Assembly (NCBI GenBank): GCA_964637115.1
Contig: CAZWVL010000008.1
Span: 6,932 to 70,931 of the forward strand
Direction of reading: 5' to 3'
Length of the DNA: 64,000 bases
Source: an uncultured Methanosarcinales archaeon
GTDB lineage: Archaea; Nanobdellota; Nanobdellia; Woesearchaeales; ARS49
Part shown: positions 37,809-46,879 of the stretch, piece after piece
How the letters are laid out: each line of letters begins with the position of its first letter
Numbering within the stretch: the stretch's first letter is position 1
Made by a program: the position numbers and the translations under genes
The notes under the pieces: generated by a model
What the model was told of the DNA's origin: nothing
Database searches by the model: none
What the model saw: the letters and a program-made list of their open reading frames with translations, nothing else

Positions 37809-38297
37809 TTACTTATTTTTAATATATACTTTATATTGGGCGAGATCAGGAATTAATTCAACAACAACGTCCTTTCTCTGAATAGCTGGGAAAAATTTAT
37901 CCATACTAACTCTTTGTGAATTATCCATCCAGCGCCTTCCCGCACTATATTCTTCAGCTGCTACATGTGCCATATACTGAATATCGCCTTCTGTAACCCC
38001 TTCCCAAATTTGTTCACAAATCCCTCGTTGTTCATCTGCACCTTTTGTAAATCTATAAATCTTTGGTGTTACGGGTTGACGATGTTTTTTATGTTGAATC
38101 ATTATTTGAATCCACATCATATATTGATGAGTACTTTTATTTAATTGAAATTCATTCCAGAACTCTACACCAGCATATTCTAAAGTATCACCAGCATGCC
38201 CACTTTTTGCTACAATCTTAGGGAGTAATCCACTCTGATTTAAGTTAGCCCAAACTCTTTCTTCTAATTGCCGATATCTCTCAGGTTTATCTTTCAT
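37809..38297 (-). CDS. Hypothetical protein (AT-rich)
   Basis: 162-aa ORF with upstream TTTATAAA box. Confidence 0.6.
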   Translation of the reverse strand: MKDKPERYRQLEERVWANLNQSGLLPKIVAKSGHAGDTLEYAGVEFWNEFQLNKSTHQYMMWIQIMIQHKKHRQPVTPKIYRFTKGADEQRGICEQIWEGVTEGDIQYMAHVAAEEYSAGRRWMDNSQRVSMDKFFPAIQRKDVVVELIPDLAQYKVYIKNK

Positions 38298-38362
38298 GCA
38301 TTATTGATAATTCATTCGTTTATAAACTTTTCCTTTTTTGTCACTCTGAAGTTACTAAATTT

Positions 38363-38423
38363 TAAGCATAAGAATAATCTAAAATAAGCATAAGATAATC
38401 TTTTTATAGACATAAAGATTAAT
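38363..38423 (+). promoter_or_regulatory. Three direct repeats with 22-bp period, putative operator
   Basis: TAAGCATAAGAATAATC (38363), TAAGCATAAGATAATC (38385), TAGACATAAAGATTAAT (38407). Confidence 0.5.
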
Positions 38424-38448
38424 ATAGCAGTATACGAAATAGGTATAC

Positions 38449-38673
38449 GTGTTGAGTGAAAGACAACCCAGAAGGCACTTCAAGGAAATCAGGCAGATAA
38501 TTCTACGCGACCTGCTAATGGGGCAGAGGACAGTCAATCAAATAGCTGAAAATACGGGATTAACCTGGCGCACGGTTGACAATCACCTCATCTATCTTTC
38601 TGGAAAAGGACTGGTTGAACCAGTATTTGTAAGCGAATACGTCAAGATTTACCGGCTGAAGGTGGCCAGATGA
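38449..38673 (+). CDS. Small winged-helix (ArsR-like) regulator
   Basis: TVNQIAENTGLTWRTVDNHLIYL..KGLV. Confidence 0.8.
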   Translation: MLSERQPRRHFKEIRQIILRDLLMGQRTVNQIAENTGLTWRTVDNHLIYLSGKGLVEPVFVSEYVKIYRLKVAR

Positions 38674-38898
38674 GCAAACTAAAAGTTCTCATGTTCGGAT
38701 GCTCATCAAACCTTTGCAAAAGGTTTGATCTAAAGCACTCAAGCGGGATTTCCGCTGCGCTACAATCCCGCGACATGTCGGAAATGCTTTGCATTTCCGA
38801 GCATGCTCGGAAATCTTTGATTTCCGACATACCAAAAGCCGTCCCGGCCGCATGGGAGGCAAGAACATGAGCAAACTAAAAGTTCTCATGTTCGGATG
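38670..38898 (+). mobile_element. Hairpin-rich insertion (38702-38866) flanked by 32-bp direct repeats of the glycosyltransferase start
   Basis: ATGAGCAAACTAAAAGTTCTCATGTTCGGATG at 38670-38701 and 38867-38898; stacked inverted repeats between them. Confidence 0.75.
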
Positions 38899-40084
38899 GG
38901 AATTCCCACCATTCAAATCAGGAGGACTAGGAACAGCATGCTATGGACTGACAAAAGGACTGGCGCGAAACGGGTGTGAAGTAACATTTGTCATGCCAGT
39001 AACGCCAGAAGGAGCAAAAGCCAAGTTTGTGAAATTGGTTGGCTCTTCCAACATTGCAAGGAACGTCAAAATAAGAAAAGTCGAAAGTCCGCTGATGGCG
39101 TATATGACTTCATCATCTTATGAAGAACACATAACAATCAGCGGCAACAAGAAAAAACACGTCTACGGAAGAGACTTGTTTGAAGAAGTGCAGCGTTATG
39201 CAGCATTGGCAAAATACATTGCAAAAGAAGAAGAGCATGATATCATCCACGCACACGACTGGATGACCTATCAGGCAGGCATAAATGCGAAAAAAGCCAG
39301 TAAGAAGCCGTTGGTTGTGCATCTGCACGCAACAGAATTCGACAGAACAGGAGAAAATCCAGACGACAGAATCAGCCACATAGAATGGCTTGGACTAAAA
39401 GAAGCAGACAGAATAATCACGAACAGCAACTACACAAAACAAAACATCATCAAGCATTACAAGATACCGGCAGAGAAGATAGACGTCGTGCACTGGGGAA
39501 TTGATGATGTTGACGTTCCATCATTTGACACGCCTCTCAAAAAAGATAAGATAGTGCTCTTCCTGGGAAGAATAACACTCCAGAAAGGACCGGACTATTT
39601 CATAGAAGTAGCCAAGAAAGTTCTTACATACGAGCCGGATACGAAATTCGTCATTGTGGGAGACGGAGACATGCTGCCACGCATAATTAATCGCGCGGCA
39701 GAACTTGGAATAACAAACAAAATCATCTTCACAGGTGCGTTGTCAGGAGACGATGTTCATAGAGCATTCAAGACAGCAGACATCTATGTAATGCCAAGCG
39801 TCTCAGAACCATTCGGACTTGTTGCACTTGAAAGCCTGAAAAACGGCACTCCAGTCATTATAAGTAAGCAGAGCGGCGTGGCAGAAGTGCTCAAGCACGC
39901 GCTTAAAGTAGACTTCTGGGATATTGATGAAATGACCAACAAGATTGTGGCAGTGCTCAGGCATCAAGCACTCAAAGAGGAACTGAAAGAACACGGCATG
40001 CACGAAGTGCAAAAGTTCAACCTTGACGAGCCAGCACGAAAAGTAAGAGACACGTATCATCACGTCCGAGGTGAGCACGCATGA
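38867..40084 (+). CDS. GT4 family glycosyltransferase (glycogen-related)
   Basis: MFGWEFPP..SGGLGTAC, HAHDW, LGRIT.QKGP, MPSVSEPFG..ALE. Confidence 0.92.
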   Translation: MSKLKVLMFGWEFPPFKSGGLGTACYGLTKGLARNGCEVTFVMPVTPEGAKAKFVKLVGSSNIARNVKIRKVESPLMAYMTSSSYEEHITISGNKKKHVYGRDLFEEVQRYAALAKYIAKEEEHDIIHAHDWMTYQAGINAKKASKKPLVVHLHATEFDRTGENPDDRISHIEWLGLKEADRIITNSNYTKQNIIKHYKIPAEKIDVVHWGIDDVDVPSFDTPLKKDKIVLFLGRITLQKGPDYFIEVAKKVLTYEPDTKFVIVGDGDMLPRIINRAAELGITNKIIFTGALSGDDVHRAFKTADIYVMPSVSEPFGLVALESLKNGTPVIISKQSGVAEVLKHALKVDFWDIDEMTNKIVAVLRHQALKEELKEHGMHEVQKFNLDEPARKVRDTYHHVRGEHA

Positions 40085-41298
40085 CTGACGTCTGCCTCTA
40101 CTTCCAAGTACACCAGCCATTCAGACTGGCACGATACACGCTCTTTGATATTGGAAAACACTCAAGATACTTTGACGAAGCAAAAAACAAAGAAATAATG
40201 CTCAAAGTAGCGCGAAAATGCTACCTGCCAACGAACAGCATAATCAGACAGCTTATTGCGAAACACGACGACTTCAAAGTAACGTACAGCATAACTGGAA
40301 GCGCGCTTGAACAATTTGAAAAATACGCACCCAACGTATTGAGAAGTTTCAAAGAACTTGCAGAAACAGGAGCAGTTGAATTCCTAACAGAAACAAGCAA
40401 CCATTCACTCTCCGCGCTTGCGGATAAAGATGAATTTACTTCACAAATAAAAGAACACCAGAAATTAATCAAGAATTACTTTGGACAAAAGCCCAAGATA
40501 TTCAGAAATACAGAATTAGTTTACAATAATGAGATTGCCAAAACTGCAGAACAACTTGGTTTCAAAGGCATACTCGCAGAAGGATGGGACTCAATACTAG
40601 GATGGCGAAGCCCCAACTACGTCTACAAGGCAGCAGAAACGCGCAAAATGAGATTGCTGCTCAAGAACTACCGGCTTTCAGATGATGTGGCATTCAGATT
40701 CTCCAATAAACACTGGAACAGCTGGCCATTAACAGCAGAAAAGTACGCAGGATGGATAGCGCCCATACTCGGAGACAGCATCAACCTGTTCATGGACTAT
40801 GAAACATTCGGAGAGCACCAATGGGAAGACACAGGAATATTCAACTTCCTCAAACACTTGCCGGCTGCACTGAAGAAACACAACATAAGCTTCAAACATC
40901 CCAGCGAACTGCTGAAAATACGGCCAAAAGAAGAACTCGACATCCAGCAGACAATCAGTTGGGCAGATGTAGAAAGAGATACGAGCGCATGGCTCGGCAA
41001 CAAAATGCAGCAAAGCGCGCACGCACAGATTTACTCAATTCGAAAAGACGTGCTTGCAAGCGGAGACAGAGAATTACTTGCTTCGTGGAAAAAACTTACG
41101 ACAAGCGACCATTTCTACTATATGTGCACCAAATGGTTCAACGATGGAGACGTGCACAAATATTTCAGCCCATACGATACCCCATATGACTGCTTCATCA
41201 ATTACATGAACATATTGCAAGATATGACGCTCAGACTCAAAAATAAACAAGGACTGTTTGAGTCCATTAAAAGATTTGTCAAAGAGGTGAAGTTATGA
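40081..41298 (+). CDS. GH57 alpha-amylase
   Basis: YFQVHQP.RL, FRNTEL, LFMDYETFGEHQW, SWAD.ERD.SAW, SDHFYYMCTK. Confidence 0.93.
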   Translation: MTDVCLYFQVHQPFRLARYTLFDIGKHSRYFDEAKNKEIMLKVARKCYLPTNSIIRQLIAKHDDFKVTYSITGSALEQFEKYAPNVLRSFKELAETGAVEFLTETSNHSLSALADKDEFTSQIKEHQKLIKNYFGQKPKIFRNTELVYNNEIAKTAEQLGFKGILAEGWDSILGWRSPNYVYKAAETRKMRLLLKNYRLSDDVAFRFSNKHWNSWPLTAEKYAGWIAPILGDSINLFMDYETFGEHQWEDTGIFNFLKHLPAALKKHNISFKHPSELLKIRPKEELDIQQTISWADVERDTSAWLGNKMQQSAHAQIYSIRKDVLASGDRELLASWKKLTTSDHFYYMCTKWFNDGDVHKYFSPYDTPYDCFINYMNILQDMTLRLKNKQGLFESIKRFVKEVKL

Positions 41299-41672
41299 AA
41301 CGAACAAAACAAAGACGCGTCAAATCAAAAATCAGGAAAACAAGACCTTCCCACAAGCCAAAAACAACCGTACACGTGACCATAACACGAAAAGTTTTAG
41401 GCAAAACACCGGAAAAATACAGTTTCAACCTGCCAGACGGCAGAAAACTGAGAAGCGTGTATGAACTGATAGACGAATTAGAGACTATGAGTGAGGAAAA
41501 CTTCAGGCATTACGTGACTGAAACAGAAAACCACTTTGCCAACTGGATAGAACACGTGTTCAGCGAAAAACACCTGGCAAATGAACTGAGGCACGTAAAA
41601 AACAGGATAGACACGCAAAGAGCGATTTTGAAACATCTTGTAAGAGAACTCATGAAAAAGGCACACGCATGA
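41295..41672 (+). CDS. DUF5752-like domain protein with basic N-terminus
   Basis: PEKYSF.LPDG..L....EL...L..MS...F.HYV....NHFANWI..VF...LA. Confidence 0.75.
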   Translation: MKRTKQRRVKSKIRKTRPSHKPKTTVHVTITRKVLGKTPEKYSFNLPDGRKLRSVYELIDELETMSEENFRHYVTETENHFANWIEHVFSEKHLANELRHVKNRIDTQRAILKHLVRELMKKAHA

Positions 41673-42238
41673 ACTTACGCGACGTTCCGCCAGAAAATGA
41701 ATTTGTACTAATCGGCGGAAGAAAAATCAAGAATATCGCTGAATTAGGCAGAGAACTCAGGCAGATGAGCGATGACATGTTCGCGCATCACGTCACGGAA
41801 CAGAAAAACGACTTTGCCAACTGGATAGAAAAGTGCGTAAAGGATGAAACATTGGGAATATTAGCACGAACGACAAAAGACAAGGAACGCATGGCAGCAA
41901 TTGTTGAAAGAAGAATCAAAGAACTAACACAGCCAAAAATCATCAGAACCGCACAGCAGACAATGCAGCAGCCAAGCATTGTCAGAACAAAAAATGTGAC
42001 CATGCTTAAGTTTGCGCACGAACAAATGCCTGCCATAACAAAACCTCAAAAGCAAATAATACACACACCGCACAAAACGGTGCTCAAACTGCAGCACGAA
42101 CAGCCATTAAAAACTGAAATTTACGTTCACGAGGTTAACAAACACCACCACGGGGCAGCATTGCTAATAGCGCATTTAGTGCTCGGGATTGTCGTAGGAG
42201 TAGCAATCGCTGCCCTGGTGCTGGCGTTTAATACATAA
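41669..42238 (+). CDS. DUF5752-like domain protein with C-terminal TM helix
   Basis: PPENEF.L.GG...MSDDMFAHHV...KNDFANWI; hydrophobic C-terminus. Confidence 0.75.
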   Translation: MNLRDVPPENEFVLIGGRKIKNIAELGRELRQMSDDMFAHHVTEQKNDFANWIEKCVKDETLGILARTTKDKERMAAIVERRIKELTQPKIIRTAQQTMQQPSIVRTKNVTMLKFAHEQMPAITKPQKQIIHTPHKTVLKLQHEQPLKTEIYVHEVNKHHHGAALLIAHLVLGIVVGVAIAALVLAFNT

Positions 42239-42274
42239 CCTTTAAATGAATAAAAACAAAGAGGAAACAAAAAG

Positions 42275-43234
42275 ATGGTGTACGACGTTATCAGCGTAGG
42301 CGGAGCAAACATAGACGTATTCATCACTACAAAAAGCAAAGATGTAGAAATAGAAAAGATACACGCACACGAAGACGTGTGCATGCCCATCGGCGCCAAA
42401 ATACTGATTGATACGCTTGTTACAGATACGGGAGGCTCAGGAGTCAACACCGCAACAGCATTCGCACGGCTCGGCTTGAAAGCAGCAGTTGTCAGCAAAC
42501 TTGGACAAGATATGAATGCGGACGTAGTTCTGAACAAATTAAAAAAAGAAAAAATAGATTTCCTTGGAGTGAAAGCAGCGGGACACACAGGATACTCTGT
42601 AATTCTGTCAGGACTGCACAAGAATAGAACGATTCTCACGTTCAAAGGCAACAATAACTTGATGACAACAAAAGACATTCAATGGAAAAAACTCAAGACA
42701 AAATGGTTCTATTTTGGAACGCTGCTTGGACAGAGCTGGAAGACACAATGCGCGATTGCGCAATATGCAAAAAAGAACGGCATTAAACTTTTGTTTAACC
42801 CGTCACTCTACTTGGCAGAGAAAGGAATGAAATTCCTGAAGCCAATACTTGACGCGTGCACAGTACTCATCCTGAACAAAGAAGAAGCACAGGCGCTTAC
42901 CGGCATGAAGGGATATACCAAGCAAATCCTGGAAAGACTGCAGAAACACGTCCCTATCGTAGTCATTACAGACGGACCAAGAGGAGCGCTCGCGTACAAC
43001 GGAATCCAACACTATTCAATCGTTCCAAAAGACGTGCCAATTGCCGACACAACAGGAGCAGGAGACTCATTTGCAAGCGCTTTCCTGGCAGCACTGATTG
43101 ATGGACAAGACATTCCGACTGCTTTAAAATGGGGAGCTGCAGAAGCAAACAGCGTTATACAGCACTACGGCGCGACTAATATTCTGCTCAACAAAAAAGA
43201 AATTGTAAAACAATCAAATAACGCGGAGGCATAA
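42275..43234 (+). CDS. PfkB-family carbohydrate kinase (possible phosphofructokinase)
   Basis: GGSGVNTA..ARLG, ILNKEEA, VITDG..G, DTTGAGDSFA. Confidence 0.92.
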   Translation: MVYDVISVGGANIDVFITTKSKDVEIEKIHAHEDVCMPIGAKILIDTLVTDTGGSGVNTATAFARLGLKAAVVSKLGQDMNADVVLNKLKKEKIDFLGVKAAGHTGYSVILSGLHKNRTILTFKGNNNLMTTKDIQWKKLKTKWFYFGTLLGQSWKTQCAIAQYAKKNGIKLLFNPSLYLAEKGMKFLKPILDACTVLILNKEEAQALTGMKGYTKQILERLQKHVPIVVITDGPRGALAYNGIQHYSIVPKDVPIADTTGAGDSFASAFLAALIDGQDIPTALKWGAAEANSVIQHYGATNILLNKKEIVKQSNNAEA

Positions 43235-43235
43235 A

Positions 43236-44150
43236 ATGTTGGTAACACTCAAAAAAATCCTGAAAGAAGCAAACAAAGGCACGTACGCAGTCGGAGCATT
43301 CAACATAAACAACATGGAAATCGCGCAGGCAGCAATTAATGCAGCTGTTGCGCAGAAATCACCAGTCATTCTGCAAACATCTGAAGGAGCAATTGCGTAT
43401 GCAGGAACGGAATACCTGAAAGCACTCGCATATGCTGCAGCAAAACAAAAAGTTCCTGTTGCATTGCACTTAGACCACGGACGAGACATGGATATTATCA
43501 AGAAATGCATCAAAGCGGGCTGGACCGGGATAATGTACGACGGCAGCCACCTGCCATTCGAAGAAAATATCAAGAATACCAAAAAAGTGGTGCAATGGGC
43601 GCACAAGGCAGGCATCGGAGTAGAAGGAGAACTCGGCACAATCGGCGGAGCAGAAGAGAAAATCATTGCACGCGAAATAGTCTACACTGATCCAGTTGCT
43701 GCTGTAGAATTTGTAAAGAAAACTGGAGTTGATGCTCTTGCTGTCGCAATCGGAACGTCTCACGGTGCATACAAGTTTGAAGGAACAGCACGTTTGGACA
43801 TACATTTATTGAAAGTCATCAAGGAAAAATTGCAGATGCCTTTAGTGCTGCATGGTGCATCCGGAGTACCGGCATGGCTGGTAACGCAAGCAGTCAGATA
43901 TGGAGCAGAACTAGGCAAGCCAGAAGGAGTGCCAGATGATCAGATACGCATTGCAGTGCAATCAGGAATCAACAAAGTCAACACTGATACTGATTTAAGA
44001 TTAGCTTTTGACGCCGCAGTCAGGCAGTTCCTGAAGGAAAAACCGTCAGACTTTGATCCAAGACACATTTTAGCGCCTGCGCGCACTTTAATGCAGCAGA
44101 TTATCGAACACAGAATACAATTGTTCGGGAGCAATGGAAAAGCGTTATGA
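43236..44150 (+). CDS. fba: Class II fructose-1,6-bisphosphate aldolase
   Basis: AVGAFN, LHLDHG, VEGELG, AIGTSHGAYK, LVLHGASG, KVNTDTD. Confidence 0.96.
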   Translation: MLVTLKKILKEANKGTYAVGAFNINNMEIAQAAINAAVAQKSPVILQTSEGAIAYAGTEYLKALAYAAAKQKVPVALHLDHGRDMDIIKKCIKAGWTGIMYDGSHLPFEENIKNTKKVVQWAHKAGIGVEGELGTIGGAEEKIIAREIVYTDPVAAVEFVKKTGVDALAVAIGTSHGAYKFEGTARLDIHLLKVIKEKLQMPLVLHGASGVPAWLVTQAVRYGAELGKPEGVPDDQIRIAVQSGINKVNTDTDLRLAFDAAVRQFLKEKPSDFDPRHILAPARTLMQQIIEHRIQLFGSNGKAL

Positions 44151-44263
44151 AATGCGTAGAAAACCAATACAAAATGCACGCATTTCATAACGTGCTCGGA
44201 AATCGCTTTCAACAATCATCAAACCAAGAGGTGAATGGTTTCGCACATGCGATTTCCGACACG
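44143..44263. repeat. Double-hairpin element related to 38774-38830
   Basis: CGTTATGAAATGCGT/ACGCATTTCATAACG, then CGTGCTCGGAAATCGC/GCGATTTCCGACACG with one bulged base. Confidence 0.75.
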
Positions 44264-44577
44264 TGAAGCCGATTTTAGTATATATTACTGTGCCAGATGA
44301 AAAGGACGCGGAAATGATAGGCGCAGCATTGGTAAAGAAAAAACTAGCTAGCTGCGTGAACATTATTTCTAACATTCACTGCCAGTATATCTGGAAAGGA
44401 AAATTCCAGCACGATAAGGAAGCAGTAATGATGGTGAAGACTTTTGACACGAAATACAAAGCATTGGAGAAAGTCGTTAAGAAAATTCATTGTTATGAAA
44501 ATCCGTGCATTGTTGCAATGCCGATAACAAAAGGAAGCAAAGAATATCTATCTTGGAGTAGGAGGGCAGTAAAATGA
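44263..44577 (+). CDS. cutA: Divalent-cation tolerance protein CutA
   Basis: VYITVP..LV.KKLASCVNI..Y.W.G..E..MM.KT..H.YE.P.I. Confidence 0.9.
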   Translation: MKPILVYITVPDEKDAEMIGAALVKKKLASCVNIISNIHCQYIWKGKFQHDKEAVMMVKTFDTKYKALEKVVKKIHCYENPCIVAMPITKGSKEYLSWSRRAVK

Positions 44578-45089
44578 CTTTTTGGAGAACTTTAGAATAT
44601 ACACTAATCTGTATGCTTTTGTTTAGCGTAATACTCTCATTATCATTCATGGAAATACGCACATTTTTTATCATAGTGAGTTTGCTTGCAGGACTGGTCT
44701 TCTACTATCTTTTCAAAGAAATGCCAACAGATGAAGCAATGCAAGAAATCAGCATTGTCTACATTCCAGCATCCATCGTGGTTATCATTGAAGGCATGTT
44801 TACAAATCTGATGAAATATACTATTGAAACGGCAGCATCATTACGACCCGATCCTCAAATTGGATCGCTTGCGACGATATTTGCACAAAGAAACATAATA
44901 TTCGAGCTAATAGTACTTCTAGTCGGACTTTTCGGCCCATTCATAGCATTCAAGCTGTTAAAAGCCCAACAAATAGAATACAAAAGACTTATTTGGAATA
45001 TTGCAGCCGTATTCATCGCATACTTAATCGCCCTTCTTATTGTTACCTTTGTCATCATGCCCAGATTGATAGGAGGAGCGCCATTATGA
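44574..45089 (+). CDS. Hypothetical multi-TM membrane protein
   Basis: Hydrophobic; ATGA-coupled on both sides. Confidence 0.7.
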   Translation: MTFWRTLEYTLICMLLFSVILSLSFMEIRTFFIIVSLLAGLVFYYLFKEMPTDEAMQEISIVYIPASIVVIIEGMFTNLMKYTIETAASLRPDPQIGSLATIFAQRNIIFELIVLLVGLFGPFIAFKLLKAQQIEYKRLIWNIAAVFIAYLIALLIVTFVIMPRLIGGAPL

Positions 45090-45529
45090 AACAAACAGTG
45101 CACATAGGAGCAGACCACGCAGGATTTGTATTAAAAGAACACCTGAAGAAGTTCTTGCAGAAGAAAGGCTACACTGTGAAAGATTTGGGAGCACACAAAC
45201 TCATCAAAGGAGACGATTATCCAGATTATGCAGAAAAAGTTGCGAAAGCCATCCAGAGAGGAGGAAAAGGAATACTTCTTTGCGGTTCAGCAGAAGGAAT
45301 ATGCATAGCAGCAAACAAATTCAGAAAAATCAGGGCAGTACCAGTCTGGACGCTGCAAAATGCGAAATTAAGCAGACAGGACAATGACGCGAACATATTG
45401 TGCCTGAGCGGATGGGAGCTTTCAAAGAAAAAAGCAGAACAGATTTCATTAACTTGGCTGAAAACGCCATTTTCAGGAGAAAAAAGGCACGTTCGAAGAA
45501 TCAAGAAGATAGCGAGATTGGAAAGATGA
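45086..45529 (+). CDS. rpiB: Ribose-5-phosphate isomerase B
   Basis: GADHAG, DYPDYA, CGSAEG..IAANK, NDANILCL, RH.RRI. Confidence 0.94.
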   Translation: MKQTVHIGADHAGFVLKEHLKKFLQKKGYTVKDLGAHKLIKGDDYPDYAEKVAKAIQRGGKGILLCGSAEGICIAANKFRKIRAVPVWTLQNAKLSRQDNDANILCLSGWELSKKKAEQISLTWLKTPFSGEKRHVRRIKKIARLER

Positions 45530-46140
45530 CAGAGATAATTCCAGGAATACTGGTGCACACACTGAAAGAACTCAAGCAAAAACTGCACTTATTGAGCTGG
45601 GCAAAAAAAGTGCATATTGACATAATGGACGGTAAGTTCGTTCCAAACAGGACAATATCGGCATTAACACTGAAGAAGGCAATACCTAAGATGGACATGC
45701 AAATACATTTGATGGCGTACAAACCACACAAATACGTGAACATTTTTTCAAGAATGGGAGCAAAAGAATTGATCATTCATGCAGAAGCGTCAAAAGAGAC
45801 GCCAAAAGTGCTTGAATACATCCGCGAAAAAGGAATGAAAGCAGGAATTGCATTCAACCCAGAAACAAAAATAGGACAGCACGCGCTTATTCATGCAGAT
45901 TTGGCGCTCGTGATGACGGTGCATCCAGGATTCAGCGGGCAGACGTTTTTGAAAACGCCTGTACGAAAGATTGCAGAGATAAAAAATCACAATCCACTGC
46001 TTCAAGTGGGTGTTGACGGAGGAATTAATTCGCAAACGTGCAGATTTGTCAAAGAAGCAGATTTTGCTATTGCAACACACGCTGTTATAGAAGCAGAAGA
46101 ACCAAGAAAAGCGTGGCTTGAACTCAAAAAAAGATGTTAA
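45526..46140 (+). CDS. rpe: Ribulose-phosphate 3-epimerase
   Basis: HIDIMDGKFVPN, HLM, MTVHPGFSGQ, VDGGIN. Confidence 0.93.
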   Translation: MTEIIPGILVHTLKELKQKLHLLSWAKKVHIDIMDGKFVPNRTISALTLKKAIPKMDMQIHLMAYKPHKYVNIFSRMGAKELIIHAEASKETPKVLEYIREKGMKAGIAFNPETKIGQHALIHADLALVMTVHPGFSGQTFLKTPVRKIAEIKNHNPLLQVGVDGGINSQTCRFVKEADFAIATHAVIEAEEPRKAWLELKKRC

Positions 46141-46141
46141 A

Positions 46142-46879
46142 ATGGACTTACAGAAAAAAGCAAACATAATCCGGCAAGACATTATCAGAATGATAAGCCG
46201 GGCAGGCAAAGGAAACACGGCGCCAAACTTGGGCATGGCAGACATATTTGCCACACTATATTTCGGAGCGTTAAAACACAATCCAAGACAACCAAAATGG
46301 GAAGAGCGCGACAGACTATTTGCAGCAGGCCAATATTCACCAGCCTGGAGAACAACATTAGCGCATTCTGGATATTTCGCAAAAAAAGACTTGTTTCAAG
46401 GGAGCCAGCACACCATGCCAGGAAGCCTTGGCTTGGCTGTCGGCAGCGCGCTCGCAGCCCAAATAGACGGCAAAGAACACCAAACTTACTGCATCTTAAG
46501 CGACCACGACCTGCACAAAGGAGAAGCGTGGGAAGCACTATTATTAGCGGGAAAACATAAACTTGCAAATCTAACTCTCATAATCGACAGAAGCAATATG
46601 CAATCAGACGGATATATTGAGAACATAATGCCTCTTGAGCCATTGCGCAGCAAACTTGAATCATTCAACTGGAACGCCATTGAAGTAGACGGCCACAACC
46701 ACCAGCATATCAAAGAGGCAATAACAGAAGCCAAAAATTCGCATAAACCAACAGTAATTCTTGCCCACATCATACCCGGAAAAGGAGTTAATTTCATTGA
46801 GAACAAAACTGAATGGTACGAAAAACCTCCAACAAAAGAAGAAGAAAGCGCAGCATTAACAGAGTTACAAAAACAATGA
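46142..46879 (+). CDS. Transketolase N-terminal subunit homologue with degenerate active site
   Basis: P.WEERDR, GSLG, EAWEAL, K.ESFNW....VDGH, GKGV.F.E; catalytic motifs altered. Confidence 0.85.
   Translation: MDLQKKANIIRQDIIRMISRAGKGNTAPNLGMADIFATLYFGALKHNPRQPKWEERDRLFAAGQYSPAWRTTLAHSGYFAKKDLFQGSQHTMPGSLGLAVGSALAAQIDGKEHQTYCILSDHDLHKGEAWEALLLAGKHKLANLTLIIDRSNMQSDGYIENIMPLEPLRSKLESFNWNAIEVDGHNHQHIKEAITEAKNSHKPTVILAHIIPGKGVNFIENKTEWYEKPPTKEEESAALTELQKQ

Noticed and set aside
38789-38866. N-terminal extension of the GT4 ORF in the ORF track
   Set aside because: Derived from the hairpin insert; family homology and the RBS indicate a start at 38867
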